The notes under the pieces: model-generated
The model's database searches: none
What the model saw: the letters and a program-made list of their open reading frames with translations, nothing else
Told to the model about the DNA's origin: nothing
Shown here: positions 34,332 to 43,247 of the stretch, in pieces
How positions within the stretch are numbered: position 1 is the stretch's first letter
How the letters are laid out: every line of letters starts with the position of its first letter
Source: Candidatus Caldarchaeales archaeon
GTDB taxonomy: Archaea > Thermoproteota > Nitrososphaeria_A > Caldarchaeales > Calditenuaceae
Direction of reading: 5' to 3'
DNA: 43,247 bases
Assembly (NCBI GenBank): GCA_032249095.1
Contig: JAVVGN010000006.1
Span: 1-43,247 of the forward strand
Program-made: the position numbers and the translations under genes

Positions 34332-35066
34332 ATGCTAAAATTTCCTGCGGGTGAGAATATGCGGCTGAAAATGGGACCAGGAACGAGATTACCGGCAGAG
34401 TACGTCATTCCGAACTTGCCACATGTGTGGTACGACCAAGAGACGATCAACTCGTGCGTGGGGCAAGCCCTCTCTTTTTGCGTTTCCTATTATTTTTACA
34501 AAGCCACTGGAAAGGTAGAAATGTTTTCCCCAATGTTTCTCTATTGGCACGCCCGATACTTACGGGGCTTGACAGCGAAGGATGAAGGGGCATACTTAAT
34601 TGACGGGATAACGGCCTTGATACGATGGGGATGCTGCCGAGAAGCGGTATGGACACATACTCGAGCACACTTGACAGTACAGCCATCACCGGAGGCTTAT
34701 GAAGACACCATGTCATTCGCTTTAACAGCAAAATACGCTATAATAAAGACGGTGGAAGAAATGAAACAGGCTTTGGTTCATCAAGTGCCTGTGGTTTTTG
34801 GCTTTCCCGTCCCAGAATCCTTCAAACGTTCCCTCAGAGGCGAAGTATTTCTATATCCCCCTCGACCCAACGATAGGATCCTCGGTGGTCACGCTGTCGT
34901 TGCCATTGGTTATAGCGACAGCAAGACAGCCTTCCTTTGCCGCAACTCGTGGGGACGAGAATGGGGGGATGAGGGTAACTTCTGGATCCACTACGATTAC
35001 TTCGAAATTGAATTCACTAATCCCCGCTATGGGATAAAAGTGGAAAGGAGGAAGCCAAAATGCTAA
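34332..35066 (+). CDS. Papain-like (C1 family) cysteine protease
   Basis: Catalytic Cys context QETINSCVGQALSF, His context GGHAVVAIGY, Asn/Trp context CRNSWGREWGDEGNFWI. Confidence 0.75.
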   Translation: MLKFPAGENMRLKMGPGTRLPAEYVIPNLPHVWYDQETINSCVGQALSFCVSYYFYKATGKVEMFSPMFLYWHARYLRGLTAKDEGAYLIDGITALIRWGCCREAVWTHTRAHLTVQPSPEAYEDTMSFALTAKYAIIKTVEEMKQALVHQVPVVFGFPVPESFKRSLRGEVFLYPPRPNDRILGGHAVVAIGYSDSKTAFLCRNSWGREWGDEGNFWIHYDYFEIEFTNPRYGIKVERRKPKC

Positions 35067-36046
35067 GGACGCTGTGGAACCTCATTAAATCTCACAATAT
35101 CCTTCGCCAAGACGAGAGCCAGCAGCAAAGTGACCGCTTCCGATCATCAGGATGCGAGTGGGCGATAGAATTTACTACGACCAAGGCAGATATCCGCGTC
35201 CTGAAAGGAACCCTCAGATGTCTCGTACTCAGTGATGTTCACTCCCCCTTCTTCTATCCGCCAGCGGTCGCCTTAGCCCTCAGCATTGGAAAATACATTA
35301 AGCCACACCTCGTCATCCTAAACGGCGACTTCGTCGACTGCTTCTCCGTATCTCCCTTTCGCTGGAGCAGTCGCGAGGACAACCTCCATAACGAAATAGA
35401 AATCAGCCGACAACTATTAGATATCATTACTAAGACCTTTCCAGATACGCCCTTCATTTTCATCGAAGGAAACCACGAGTTGTTCCTCCAGAAATACATA
35501 CGACGGCGGGCAGCAGCACTTTCCCTACTTGAAGAAATCAAAATCCCGTCCCTCTTAGGGTTCAAAGGGAAAAACCGCTACTATCTGCGCCGAGAGGAGG
35601 AATATGCCTCCTTCGAAACAAGCGCCTTCCCGTCAGTCTACTTCTATAACGCTCACGGAACGCCAAGACTACTAGTGATTCACGGCGACGGGTTAGGGAT
35701 TTCTAAAGGAGCGTGTCATTTTGCCCGTCTCGTTCACCAACGAGTGCTCATGAATACCATCTGCGGGCATTGGCACGTTAGCCAAACTTGGCATTCCTTC
35801 ACATTAGAAGGGGAACGAATCAGTGCATGGGTCTTCCCCCCACTTTGTTTCCCCCGCCCGCATTGGCGCCATAGCATTTGGGGGCTCGGAGTTGGCTTCT
35901 TCCAATTAGATGCCGCAGGATCATTAAATGTGGACATTGTAGATTTCGTAACCGACCCAGAGAGAAAAGTTCTCCGAGCTAAGTATGGAGATAAAGTTTT
36001 TGAGGAAGGTCTCTCCTTTGCCGAGTCCTCGAAGAATTATAAGTAA
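35060..36046 (+). CDS. Calcineurin-like metallophosphoesterase
   Basis: Motifs in canonical order: LSDVHSP, NGDFVD, EGNHE, VIHGDG, GHWH. Confidence 0.8.
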   Translation: MLRTLWNLIKSHNILRQDESQQQSDRFRSSGCEWAIEFTTTKADIRVLKGTLRCLVLSDVHSPFFYPPAVALALSIGKYIKPHLVILNGDFVDCFSVSPFRWSSREDNLHNEIEISRQLLDIITKTFPDTPFIFIEGNHELFLQKYIRRRAAALSLLEEIKIPSLLGFKGKNRYYLRREEEYASFETSAFPSVYFYNAHGTPRLLVIHGDGLGISKGACHFARLVHQRVLMNTICGHWHVSQTWHSFTLEGERISAWVFPPLCFPRPHWRHSIWGLGVGFFQLDAAGSLNVDIVDFVTDPERKVLRAKYGDKVFEEGLSFAESSKNYK

Positions 36047-36981
36047 TACTTTTGAATTAGCTTTTCCAAAACCTCCCACAACTTGGCGACAAGTGGGGAA
36101 GGAACCCCATAAGCCTTCAAGTCCCTGTAACGGCGAATTTCACCATACCAAGCGGCCAAGGCAATCTCCCCAAATGGCGGGGGTAGCTTGCGTAGGAAGT
36201 CCTCAATTTCTATTCGCTCGAACCCCTCCCTCCATTGCCTTTCCGAAAGACCGTTAGCCTCGTCAGCCAAAACAACTTCTTCTCCTGTACTTGAAACATC
36301 CCCGTCCTCATCCTCATCCTCAAGGTCCGAAAAGGAAAGGATTAGGAAACGGTCGCCGTTTTTCTTCATTTTGACATAAGCGGAGGGCGGGTAGGAGAGA
36401 CCGTGCTGAGCCCGTGAGACATAGTCCAGAAGTAGCGACCTAATGACGTAGAAAGCATAGGTGGCAAAAGTCGTCTGACGGGTGGGATTAAACCTCAAAG
36501 CAGCAGAAACAATCCCCAGAAGGGCTTCCCCAATCACATCCTCCACATTGACGTGATAAATCTCCTCCGCGATTTTATTGGCGATGGAAACAGCAAGACC
36601 TTTGTGTCTCTCCATTAGAGCAGCCGAAAGGCGCTGAAACTCCTTAAATTTGGAGCGAACGCCAGGGAATCGGGGGGAAAGAAACTTGACCACATTCTCA
36701 AGCGTTAAATCCTCTTCCCGCCCCAAAACCTTATGCCATAAGTGCTCGACCGTCTTCGGAGCCCGCCCCCGCCAAATCTGCTCAAGCACAATGTTTTGAT
36801 GACCTAACCGCCTTCTTGTGAACCCCTTCTTAGTTGTCTTTCGGAGATATTCATCAAAACATTTGAGAATATAAGTAGCACACTGCTGTAACTGCCGGCA
36901 TAGAACGACATCGTCATCTCGCTCGAATGGCATGGAAACAACCCCCCAAAAGTTACCTTTGTCAAATCGTCCCCTCCCCAC
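36037..36981 (-). CDS. Sigma-70-like factor (no. 3, divergent); the start may be ATG 36933
   Basis: Region 2-like EDVIGEALLGIVSAALRFNPTRQTTFATYAFYVIRSLLLDYV. The C-terminal region-4-like segment is weaker. Confidence 0.55.
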   Translation of the reverse strand: MGRGRFDKGNFWGVVSMPFERDDDVVLCRQLQQCATYILKCFDEYLRKTTKKGFTRRRLGHQNIVLEQIWRGRAPKTVEHLWHKVLGREEDLTLENVVKFLSPRFPGVRSKFKEFQRLSAALMERHKGLAVSIANKIAEEIYHVNVEDVIGEALLGIVSAALRFNPTRQTTFATYAFYVIRSLLLDYVSRAQHGLSYPPSAYVKMKKNGDRFLILSFSDLEDEDEDGDVSSTGEEVVLADEANGLSERQWREGFERIEIEDFLRKLPPPFGEIALAAWYGEIRRYRDLKAYGVPSPLVAKLWEVLEKLIQKYYL

Positions 36982-37084
36982 CTATCGGAAGCGACATATC
37001 CGAGAAAGAGTTTAGCACGGAAAGAGCAACATCTAATTACTTTTTCTGGTTTTCCTCTCTTAAAATCTATGATGGTGGACCATC

Positions 37085-39880
37085 ATGATGGAGCAATTAC
37101 AACATCCGTCTCAAGGAAACCACCCAATAGTAACGGCTCTAAAGGATTTAATCAAGGAATCAAAAGGTTTGTTCCTCCAAGTAGACGAACTGTATAAGCT
37201 CATAGGGCAACAACTCAGAACGGCACAAGACCAGCAAGTAAAGGATCTGATAACAGAAATGAGAACGAGAACAGGCGCCTTTTCTTATGCCGTCATTACC
37301 ATTCTTTGGTATGATGGACTCAATCTCCTTAACAGAATCGCTAATTACAAAAAGCTCATAGAGGGCCAAGAGGGAAAAGACATTAAAACGGAGGCAGAAA
37401 AAGCCAAAAAAGCTATCGAGGACGCAGCCGAGAAATTTGAAAAGACTATCACTTATGTTAAAGACACCGTAGAAAAACTCAATCAGGGAGCAAGCACCTT
37501 AACACAAAAGCTGCAAAGCCTACAAAGTTCCGCCCAGCAACAGGAAATCGCCAGTGTAATCCAACAAGCCACCAGCGAAATCGGTAATATATCTAACAGT
37601 ATTAACAGCATTGCACAGAAATTGGGAGATCTCGAGAATATCTTCACTCAGATTAAACAGGAAGTAAATCAACTAGAACAACAAACCACCACTACTAAGA
37701 CATCCAATGATAAAGAAGGCGCCGACGGCACAACATCCACTCCCTCTGAACAAGACCTGCCAACCCAACTGGGTGAATTGGAAACAAAGATCGTGAACTT
37801 ATACCAAGCTGTCGTGGCCTTGGAAAGTGTAGTAAACACAGCAAACTCGGCCGCCTCAATTATCCCAGCAAATATTGAAGGCATGAATACTACCTCCTTG
37901 GCGGAGAAACTTAGACAAATGAGGCCCCGGAACTTCTACACCAACATACAAGCCTTAGAACAGTATACCGGGCGGGAACTGCCAGACATATTCGCCATAT
38001 TGAACCCACCAGAAAACCAGGAACAGGGGAATGTTACGCAGCTTAACCTCTTGAAACAACAGGAGGTTTCTAACACTGATATCCCAGAATCAATAAAAAG
38101 TTACCTAGAAGAAGTCAAAACGCTTCTTTTAGACGCCAGAAACCTGATGGAAGCGAATCTAAACAATATTTTAGAAGAATTGTCCAAGCTTGGAGGCAAG
38201 CTAGGTCAAATTTCAGACATAAGGATAGCGCAGGAAGCAAAAAGAATCTACTCTATTCCTACCTTAGTCATTTTAAATGAATGCAAAAGCAAACTCACCG
38301 AGGATATGCCCCGAAGCCGAATAGAAGAGATCGCCCCCATAGTTGGGGCGATACTCATCGGCGTAATGTTTTGGGACAGTTTTCTAAAGTGGGATAAGGT
38401 AAACGATGCAATGAGGGGACTAACAAACATCGCCGGAAAATTCCAGGATCCAGTCACAAACACAGCTCTCTCTAACATAAAGGGAAGTGCCAGTAGCAAA
38501 TTGAAACAATCAAAGCCAGCTCTCAAGGAGGCTCCGGTTCCTCCTGCCACCGCTGAGGAGGTCGGCGCCACTGTGCTTGCCGCCATAGCAAGTAAATTCG
38601 TCAAATCGCCGGAAGAGCAAGCTGGCTTAAAAATCCAAGCCCAGAGACAGCAAGAAAAAAAACTTCAGGGGTTTCGTGTGATCACCGACCCTTCCACCGT
38701 CAAAAAGATAACAGATGAAGTAAAAATACGGGGAGTAATACCACGTCTTGGAATGATTCTGGATCCGAAGAGAGGTGGAGTAGTTAGGAATATCAAGACG
38801 ATGATAAACGCTTTTGCCGAATATATGGCAGAGTCCTGGACGGAAATTAAGAATCAAATAGAAGAAGATATTAGGGAGGGGCGCCTTTCTGACCCCCAAA
38901 AAAAGATACAACAGGCGCTCGACAAGATAGACAACTCGTGGGACAACCTTTTAGAGAAAATGCGAGCAACAAAGTGGAGAGAATACTCCCTTGATATTGG
39001 ACTAGAAAAAGAAAAAATAGAAGGGATCAAGAGGGAATTAGAACAACTCATAGACGAGTTTTTTGAACTTCTCGAAGCATGGAAGGCCGCTAAAAAACCC
39101 CAAGAAGGCGCGCTAGACATAGAAGAACTTTTCTTTCAACCCCTTGGCTTGCCAGCGCTTAAGGCCGCACTTCGTACACTGCCACCCTCCATCCCTGGTG
39201 GCGCTGGCACGAGAAAAGTAACCCGGAGGAAAGAAGCAGGAGGACCCCAAGTAGCCCCGAAAAAAGAAGAGAAAGAAACACAAGCAGACAAGGTAGACGA
39301 AGGAGAAGGACCCCAAGTAGCCCCGAAAAAAGAAGGAGAAGCACCAAAACGCCTTAGGTACCGAGGTCGACAGAGAGGGCCAGTTAACCCGAGAGGACCA
39401 AGTATGCCAACATCTTCCCACTTGGCGGGAGGCAAAGAGACTAGTGAAAAAACGCTACAAGGGGAAATAGGAAGAGCGATAAACTTCATAAAGGCAGGAA
39501 AAGTCGATGATGCCATTAAAGCAGTGGCAAACGCCATACAGGTACTTGACGGCATTATTCGCCAAAAACCCCAACCACAAGGTGCACCTTCAGCACGTCT
39601 ACGGGATGCAGAAATTTACCTTAAAGCTGCCCGACAAAAACTACTCAATGCAAGACGATTAGGCCCAGATAGCTATGGATTCAAGACCAGCCTCAAAGAG
39701 GCAAATTCTTTCCCCCAGGATGCCCTTATTGCCCTTTCAAACCAGACCGCCGGAAGCAGCCCCTATTTAGGAAGGAATCTACTGCTTCTCATGAAAATCT
39801 TGAATTCCATGCCCGCAATGGCGCAATCACGTCGCCAGGAAGATAAAGACGAAGCTATCTTGGAAAAAGAAACTATATGA
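37085..39880 (+). CDS. Large (931 aa) coiled-coil protein with one hydrophobic segment and a 22-aa tandem duplication; a tape-measure or internal virion protein is possible
   Basis: Long Q/E/K-rich heptad-like sequence. Hydrophobic segment IAPIVGAILIGVMFWDSF. GPQVAPKKE occurs twice. Confidence 0.6.
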   Translation: MMEQLQHPSQGNHPIVTALKDLIKESKGLFLQVDELYKLIGQQLRTAQDQQVKDLITEMRTRTGAFSYAVITILWYDGLNLLNRIANYKKLIEGQEGKDIKTEAEKAKKAIEDAAEKFEKTITYVKDTVEKLNQGASTLTQKLQSLQSSAQQQEIASVIQQATSEIGNISNSINSIAQKLGDLENIFTQIKQEVNQLEQQTTTTKTSNDKEGADGTTSTPSEQDLPTQLGELETKIVNLYQAVVALESVVNTANSAASIIPANIEGMNTTSLAEKLRQMRPRNFYTNIQALEQYTGRELPDIFAILNPPENQEQGNVTQLNLLKQQEVSNTDIPESIKSYLEEVKTLLLDARNLMEANLNNILEELSKLGGKLGQISDIRIAQEAKRIYSIPTLVILNECKSKLTEDMPRSRIEEIAPIVGAILIGVMFWDSFLKWDKVNDAMRGLTNIAGKFQDPVTNTALSNIKGSASSKLKQSKPALKEAPVPPATAEEVGATVLAAIASKFVKSPEEQAGLKIQAQRQQEKKLQGFRVITDPSTVKKITDEVKIRGVIPRLGMILDPKRGGVVRNIKTMINAFAEYMAESWTEIKNQIEEDIREGRLSDPQKKIQQALDKIDNSWDNLLEKMRATKWREYSLDIGLEKEKIEGIKRELEQLIDEFFELLEAWKAAKKPQEGALDIEELFFQPLGLPALKAALRTLPPSIPGGAGTRKVTRRKEAGGPQVAPKKEEKETQADKVDEGEGPQVAPKKEGEAPKRLRYRGRQRGPVNPRGPSMPTSSHLAGGKETSEKTLQGEIGRAINFIKAGKVDDAIKAVANAIQVLDGIIRQKPQPQGAPSARLRDAEIYLKAARQKLLNARRLGPDSYGFKTSLKEANSFPQDALIALSNQTAGSSPYLGRNLLLLMKILNSMPAMAQSRRQEDKDEAILEKETI

Positions 39881-41102
39881 CGGCAGACGCTAAGTCCAAA
39901 AACCGCGCGGTAACCTCTTCGGAAGAGCTGCTTTCTGGATGACCGAGGGCGTCCGATGCCGCAAGCAATATCGCCGCATACCTTAGAACATCCCTTTTGC
40001 GCTTTAGCCACTGGATTGCTTTTTCGTCGCCGTGCGCCGCCTCGTGGACCCGCATGTGATACCGCACGAGCCAGTAGATAATCCAACGCTCATTGGGAAA
40101 GAAAGAAAGCTGCTCAGTAATCTTCCCAACAAGGCGAGCCCCCAAAATGTCATGACTGTCCTCCTTAATTGCCTTCCCAATGTCGTGCAAAAGCAGAGCA
40201 AACCCAGTCATATTGAGAAGGTTCCGATAACGAGAAACGCCCATCCGAACGTTGACCAGCACCTCTTTAGCCTTCGCACAAAACTTCGCCCACCGCTTCC
40301 CATACTTGTCCGTGCGGAGAGAATCATCAAAGGCACTGTAAGCAAGGAAGAGATGCTGGCTTTCCGCCCCCCGCAAAAGCTTCTGTAGGGGGTCAAAGAA
40401 AACCTCATCGCCACGAGTAACATAGAGAGCCTCCGCAAAGCGCCGAAGCGAATAATCAATAGCCCGCGCAAATTCCCGAACAATAAGTAGAGGAGATATA
40501 TCCCACCGAGCCTTCTGAAGAGCCTTTGGGTAAATACCTGCCGTCGCCTTCTCAAACCGATAGAGGGGCAACTGGCAATAAAGGCGCAACCCCCGAATAG
40601 CACCGAAAGGGTAATCCACCAACCACCGAGGGTTGGGCGCCCGCAACACCTTTTGTTGAACATCTTGCCAACTCGCCTTAAACGGAGAATATATAGGCGC
40701 AGAACCGTCCCCTACAAGCGTCTGACCGTCACAATAGAAAGTGTTCACCGTAAAATCAAAGGGATATCGAGTCAGATCTACCGAGGTCGGAACGACCGCC
40801 ACATCCACCGACTCGTCGTCCCCAACCACCACCCTGATAGTGCGCTCCTTAATAAGGGCGGGAAAGAGTGCTTTCGTATGACGAGAGAGAAAATCCACCG
40901 CCTCATCAAAGTTGTCGTGCAAGAAAAGGATATCCACATCCGATTCTTGCGCCACCTCGTCCTCCGACGGAGCAGTTTCATCCCCCAACTGGCTCCGGAT
41001 ATAATCTCTAACGAGCCCGCCGTACACCAGAAACCTGTGGTCTTTAATTTTCTCAAGAAAGGCAAATGCCTTTTTGGGGAGCCATTTAGCTGGAAAATCC
41101 AT
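39873..41102 (-). CDS. tRNA nucleotidyltransferase (CCA-adding/poly(A) polymerase family) head domain fused to an HD domain
   Basis: N-terminus: FLVYGGLVRDYI...ESDVDILF (GG.VRD ... D.D). C-terminal HD motif: ALLLHDIGKAI. Confidence 0.7.
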   Translation of the reverse strand: MDFPAKWLPKKAFAFLEKIKDHRFLVYGGLVRDYIRSQLGDETAPSEDEVAQESDVDILFLHDNFDEAVDFLSRHTKALFPALIKERTIRVVVGDDESVDVAVVPTSVDLTRYPFDFTVNTFYCDGQTLVGDGSAPIYSPFKASWQDVQQKVLRAPNPRWLVDYPFGAIRGLRLYCQLPLYRFEKATAGIYPKALQKARWDISPLLIVREFARAIDYSLRRFAEALYVTRGDEVFFDPLQKLLRGAESQHLFLAYSAFDDSLRTDKYGKRWAKFCAKAKEVLVNVRMGVSRYRNLLNMTGFALLLHDIGKAIKEDSHDILGARLVGKITEQLSFFPNERWIIYWLVRYHMRVHEAAHGDEKAIQWLKRKRDVLRYAAILLAASDALGHPESSSSEEVTARFLDLASAVI

Positions 41103-41176
41103 GCCGAACCCACCGTAAGAGATTTTAGAAAGCCCCGCTTAAAATCTGCATAGGAGGTGCGCTAAAAAACACGGCT

Positions 41177-42754
41177 ATGGACTTGGTAACCATTAACGCC
41201 AGTTACATGACGGTCAAAATACCGATAAGCGACCGAGAGCAATGGGAGAACCTTCTTACCGTAGCAGATAAGCACCTGATAGCCCTGCCTAAAGATGTCA
41301 TCCCGCCAGCCGCCATCGGTTGCCCCCAACATGCCGTTTTCGACCCCAACCATGCCCTCTGCTGGATCCACTATCGCCCCTACAACCAGTATCGCCTCTA
41401 CAGAATGTGGATGGAAGAAGGACATCTCCTCTTTAGACTGCCTATCGGCGGCGTCATCCTGCTTCTTTCAAAGGCAAAAGAAGAATTAGATAACGATGTC
41501 CACCAAACCATCCGCCAATACCTTGTTGCTAATTACCCGCGCAAGGACCTTCTTTCTTTCGACCCCTTAAAATTCCCCGTAGAGCTTTACCCTTACCAAA
41601 TCAAAGCAATAACGGGGGCGATAAACTACAGAAGAGCCATCGTGTCCGCCCCGCCAGGGTCCGGTAAGACAGAAATTGGGAGCGCCCTTATCGCCTCGAT
41701 GCCCGCCCACTGGCAAGTAGGGTGGTTTACTCACACTCGGACACTTCTCCGCCAATCTCAAAACCGCCTGCTAAAAAATCTGCGCGAACCTATCGGCGCC
41801 ATCAGCGGAGAGGATAGCTTTGACCCCAGACGAGTTACCGTTGCGATGGTGCAAACCATAACAAGAAGAGGACAAGAAAAGAATGACCCCAACATCATTG
41901 CATGGCTCCGTTCGTTAGACGCCATCATACTAGATGAAGCGCATCACGCCCCAGCAAAAACTTTCTATTGGACACTGATGAGCTGCACCAAAGCATGGGT
42001 CAGATTTGGTCTAACCGCCACGCCAATGCGGGAGGAAGGTGAAGAGGAAATCTATATGTGGTGCGCTATTTCCCCCCTCATCGTGGAAGTCAACCCACAC
42101 GAATTAGTCGCCGTGGGAAGACTCGTCCCAATAGAACTAATCGTCTACGATTTAGAAGGAACCGTTGAATACAAAGGCAATTACCGAAATTGGCAAGATG
42201 AATACATGGATCAAATCGTCAGAAATAAAATCAGAAACTACATCATCGCAGCAGAAGCTATCATAAACCGCCCATCCGTTATCCTCGTCTGGGCTATTGA
42301 ACATATCCAGCATCTATTGGACGCCATTCAAAATCTATCCAAGAAATACAACATCGAGGTAAAGGTTGCAGCCCTTCACGGCGAAACAAAGAGCCACGAC
42401 AGACAAATCGCATTGCAGCAGTTTGAGACGGGTCAAATCGACATCCTTATCATCTCCGACGTCGGTAAGGAAGGGTTGAACATTATTAACATAAGAAACC
42501 TCATCGTGGCAGCCGGACAGAAAAGTAAAGTCGCCGCCATCCAACGGGTTGGACGAGGAATGCGCCCCAAAAAATGGGGGTTCGTCAGAGTTGTAGACTT
42601 CTACGACTCAGGAGACGTAACCCGCCGTCACTCCTTCCGGCGGATCAGGATATACCAGCAAATGCTTCCTGTAGCCAGGGTTAAGAGAATACCTGCTGAA
42701 GAGGGCATACGGCAACTAATTCAAGAGCTGAAAGGCGGCGCGGCGCTCTTATAA
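41177..42754 (+). CDS. SF2 DEAH-box helicase (ResIII-type)
   Basis: Walker A SAPPGSGKT, DEAH box ILDEAHH, then TATP, then motif VI QRVGRGMR. Confidence 0.85.
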   Translation: MDLVTINASYMTVKIPISDREQWENLLTVADKHLIALPKDVIPPAAIGCPQHAVFDPNHALCWIHYRPYNQYRLYRMWMEEGHLLFRLPIGGVILLLSKAKEELDNDVHQTIRQYLVANYPRKDLLSFDPLKFPVELYPYQIKAITGAINYRRAIVSAPPGSGKTEIGSALIASMPAHWQVGWFTHTRTLLRQSQNRLLKNLREPIGAISGEDSFDPRRVTVAMVQTITRRGQEKNDPNIIAWLRSLDAIILDEAHHAPAKTFYWTLMSCTKAWVRFGLTATPMREEGEEEIYMWCAISPLIVEVNPHELVAVGRLVPIELIVYDLEGTVEYKGNYRNWQDEYMDQIVRNKIRNYIIAAEAIINRPSVILVWAIEHIQHLLDAIQNLSKKYNIEVKVAALHGETKSHDRQIALQQFETGQIDILIISDVGKEGLNIINIRNLIVAAGQKSKVAAIQRVGRGMRPKKWGFVRVVDFYDSGDVTRRHSFRRIRIYQQMLPVARVKRIPAEEGIRQLIQELKGGAALL

Positions 42755-42783
42755 GAGTTAATTTCGGCGCCGAAATTAACTCT
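42754..42783. repeat. 30-bp perfect palindrome, copy 5 of 5
   Basis: Exact copy. Its first base is the last base (42754) of the helicase TAA stop. It ends 28 nt upstream of the next ATG. Confidence 0.9.
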
Positions 42784-42811
42784 AGCCCCTGACCGCAAAG
42801 GGGAGGCACCC

Positions 42812-43247
42812 ATGACCAAAGTCCTGTGTGGGGATTGCCTGAAATTGTTGGAAAAATCCGTCCTGACGCAATATGGAGTTGAGGCAGAGTTCGCCTTAAC
42901 CTTCCTTGACCCGCCGTTCAATCAGGGCAAGGACTACGCCTTCTTTGATGACGAGTTGCCACCAGAGCAATACTGGCAATGGCTTGAGGAAGTCTGCGCC
43001 AAAGTCTATGCGCTGACGGCGGAGGGCGGCGCCATCTACTTCATGCATCGGGAGAAAAACGCTGAGCAGGTTTTGCGCCTCCTGCGGGAAACGGGCTGGA
43101 CGCTGCAGAACCTCATCGTCTGGCAGAAGCGCACTTCCGCCGTGCCCAATGCTTGGCGATATAGCAAAGCCTACCAAATCATCGCCTTCGCGACGAAGGG
43201 GCGGAAGCCCCGCACTTTCCATCGCCTTCGCATTGACGCTCCTTTGC
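42812..43247 (+). CDS. DNA methyltransferase (N6-A/N4-C type), 5' part; runs off the window
   Basis: AAGGGGAGG RBS. My own translation from ATG 42812 gives MTKVLCGDCLKLLEKS...LTFLDPPFNQGKDY..., open to the window end. This ORF is absent from the supplied track because it has no stop. Confidence 0.8.
   Translation, partial: MTKVLCGDCLKLLEKSVLTQYGVEAEFALTFLDPPFNQGKDYAFFDDELPPEQYWQWLEEVCAKVYALTAEGGAIYFMHREKNAEQVLRLLRETGWTLQNLIVWQKRTSAVPNAWRYSKAYQIIAFATKGRKPRTFHRLRIDAPL

Noticed and set aside
37068-37085. Inverted repeat ATGATGGTGGACCATCAT at the start of the 931-aa gene as a regulatory hairpin
   Set aside because: The arms are short (8 bp) and made of ATG/CAT triplets overlapping the start codon. 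There is no second copy and no supporting context, so this is too weak to claim.
43186-43200. TTCGCGACGA inside the terminal methyltransferase gene as an eleventh copy of the array repeat
   Set aside because: Only about 10 nt match and the GGTGGAAAG half is absent. It codes for AFATKG in a conserved ORF. Probably coincidental.

Overview
The window reads as a tightly packed dsDNA virus or prophage-like genome segment. Many gene ends overlap or converge, and most starts have strong GGAGG-type ribosome-binding sites. All product calls rest on motifs I recognise by eye; no database search was possible.

Recognisable modules:
- Replication: a DnaB-like helicase, a beta-clamp-like protein, two AAA ATPases, an SF2 helicase, and a family-A DNA polymerase with a UDG-like N-terminal domain.
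- Nucleotide and DNA modification: a dNMP-kinase fusion, two DNA methyltransferases and one methyltransferase fragment.
- Transcription: three sigma-70-family factors.
- A portal-like gene and several beta-rich or coiled-coil, probably structural, proteins.
- A JAB/MPN protease, a papain-like protease and a metallophosphoesterase.
- A CCA-adding/HD enzyme.

Unusual content:
1. One autonomous IS200/IS605 element (tnpA plus tnpB carrying an in-frame TAG). It is inserted in a small phage gene. At least four ORF-less LE+RE miniature derivatives accompany it, each keeping a TATAAT box and an omega-RNA-like scaffold. G:U-only compensatory changes point to an RNA function.
2. One of these scaffolds runs directly into an irregular array of 30-bp repeats (nine contiguous copies and a tenth inside the next ORF). 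The repeats are CRISPR-like at their termini but iteron-like in spacing. The array lies just upstream of the replication genes.
3. A start-less Cas3 C-terminal fragment abutting a truncated methyltransferase.
4. A 30-bp perfect palindrome present five times at gene ends.
5. A 107-nt tmRNA-like tRNA-like domain with no tag-encoding region.
6. A candidate split Shine-Dalgarno hairpin.
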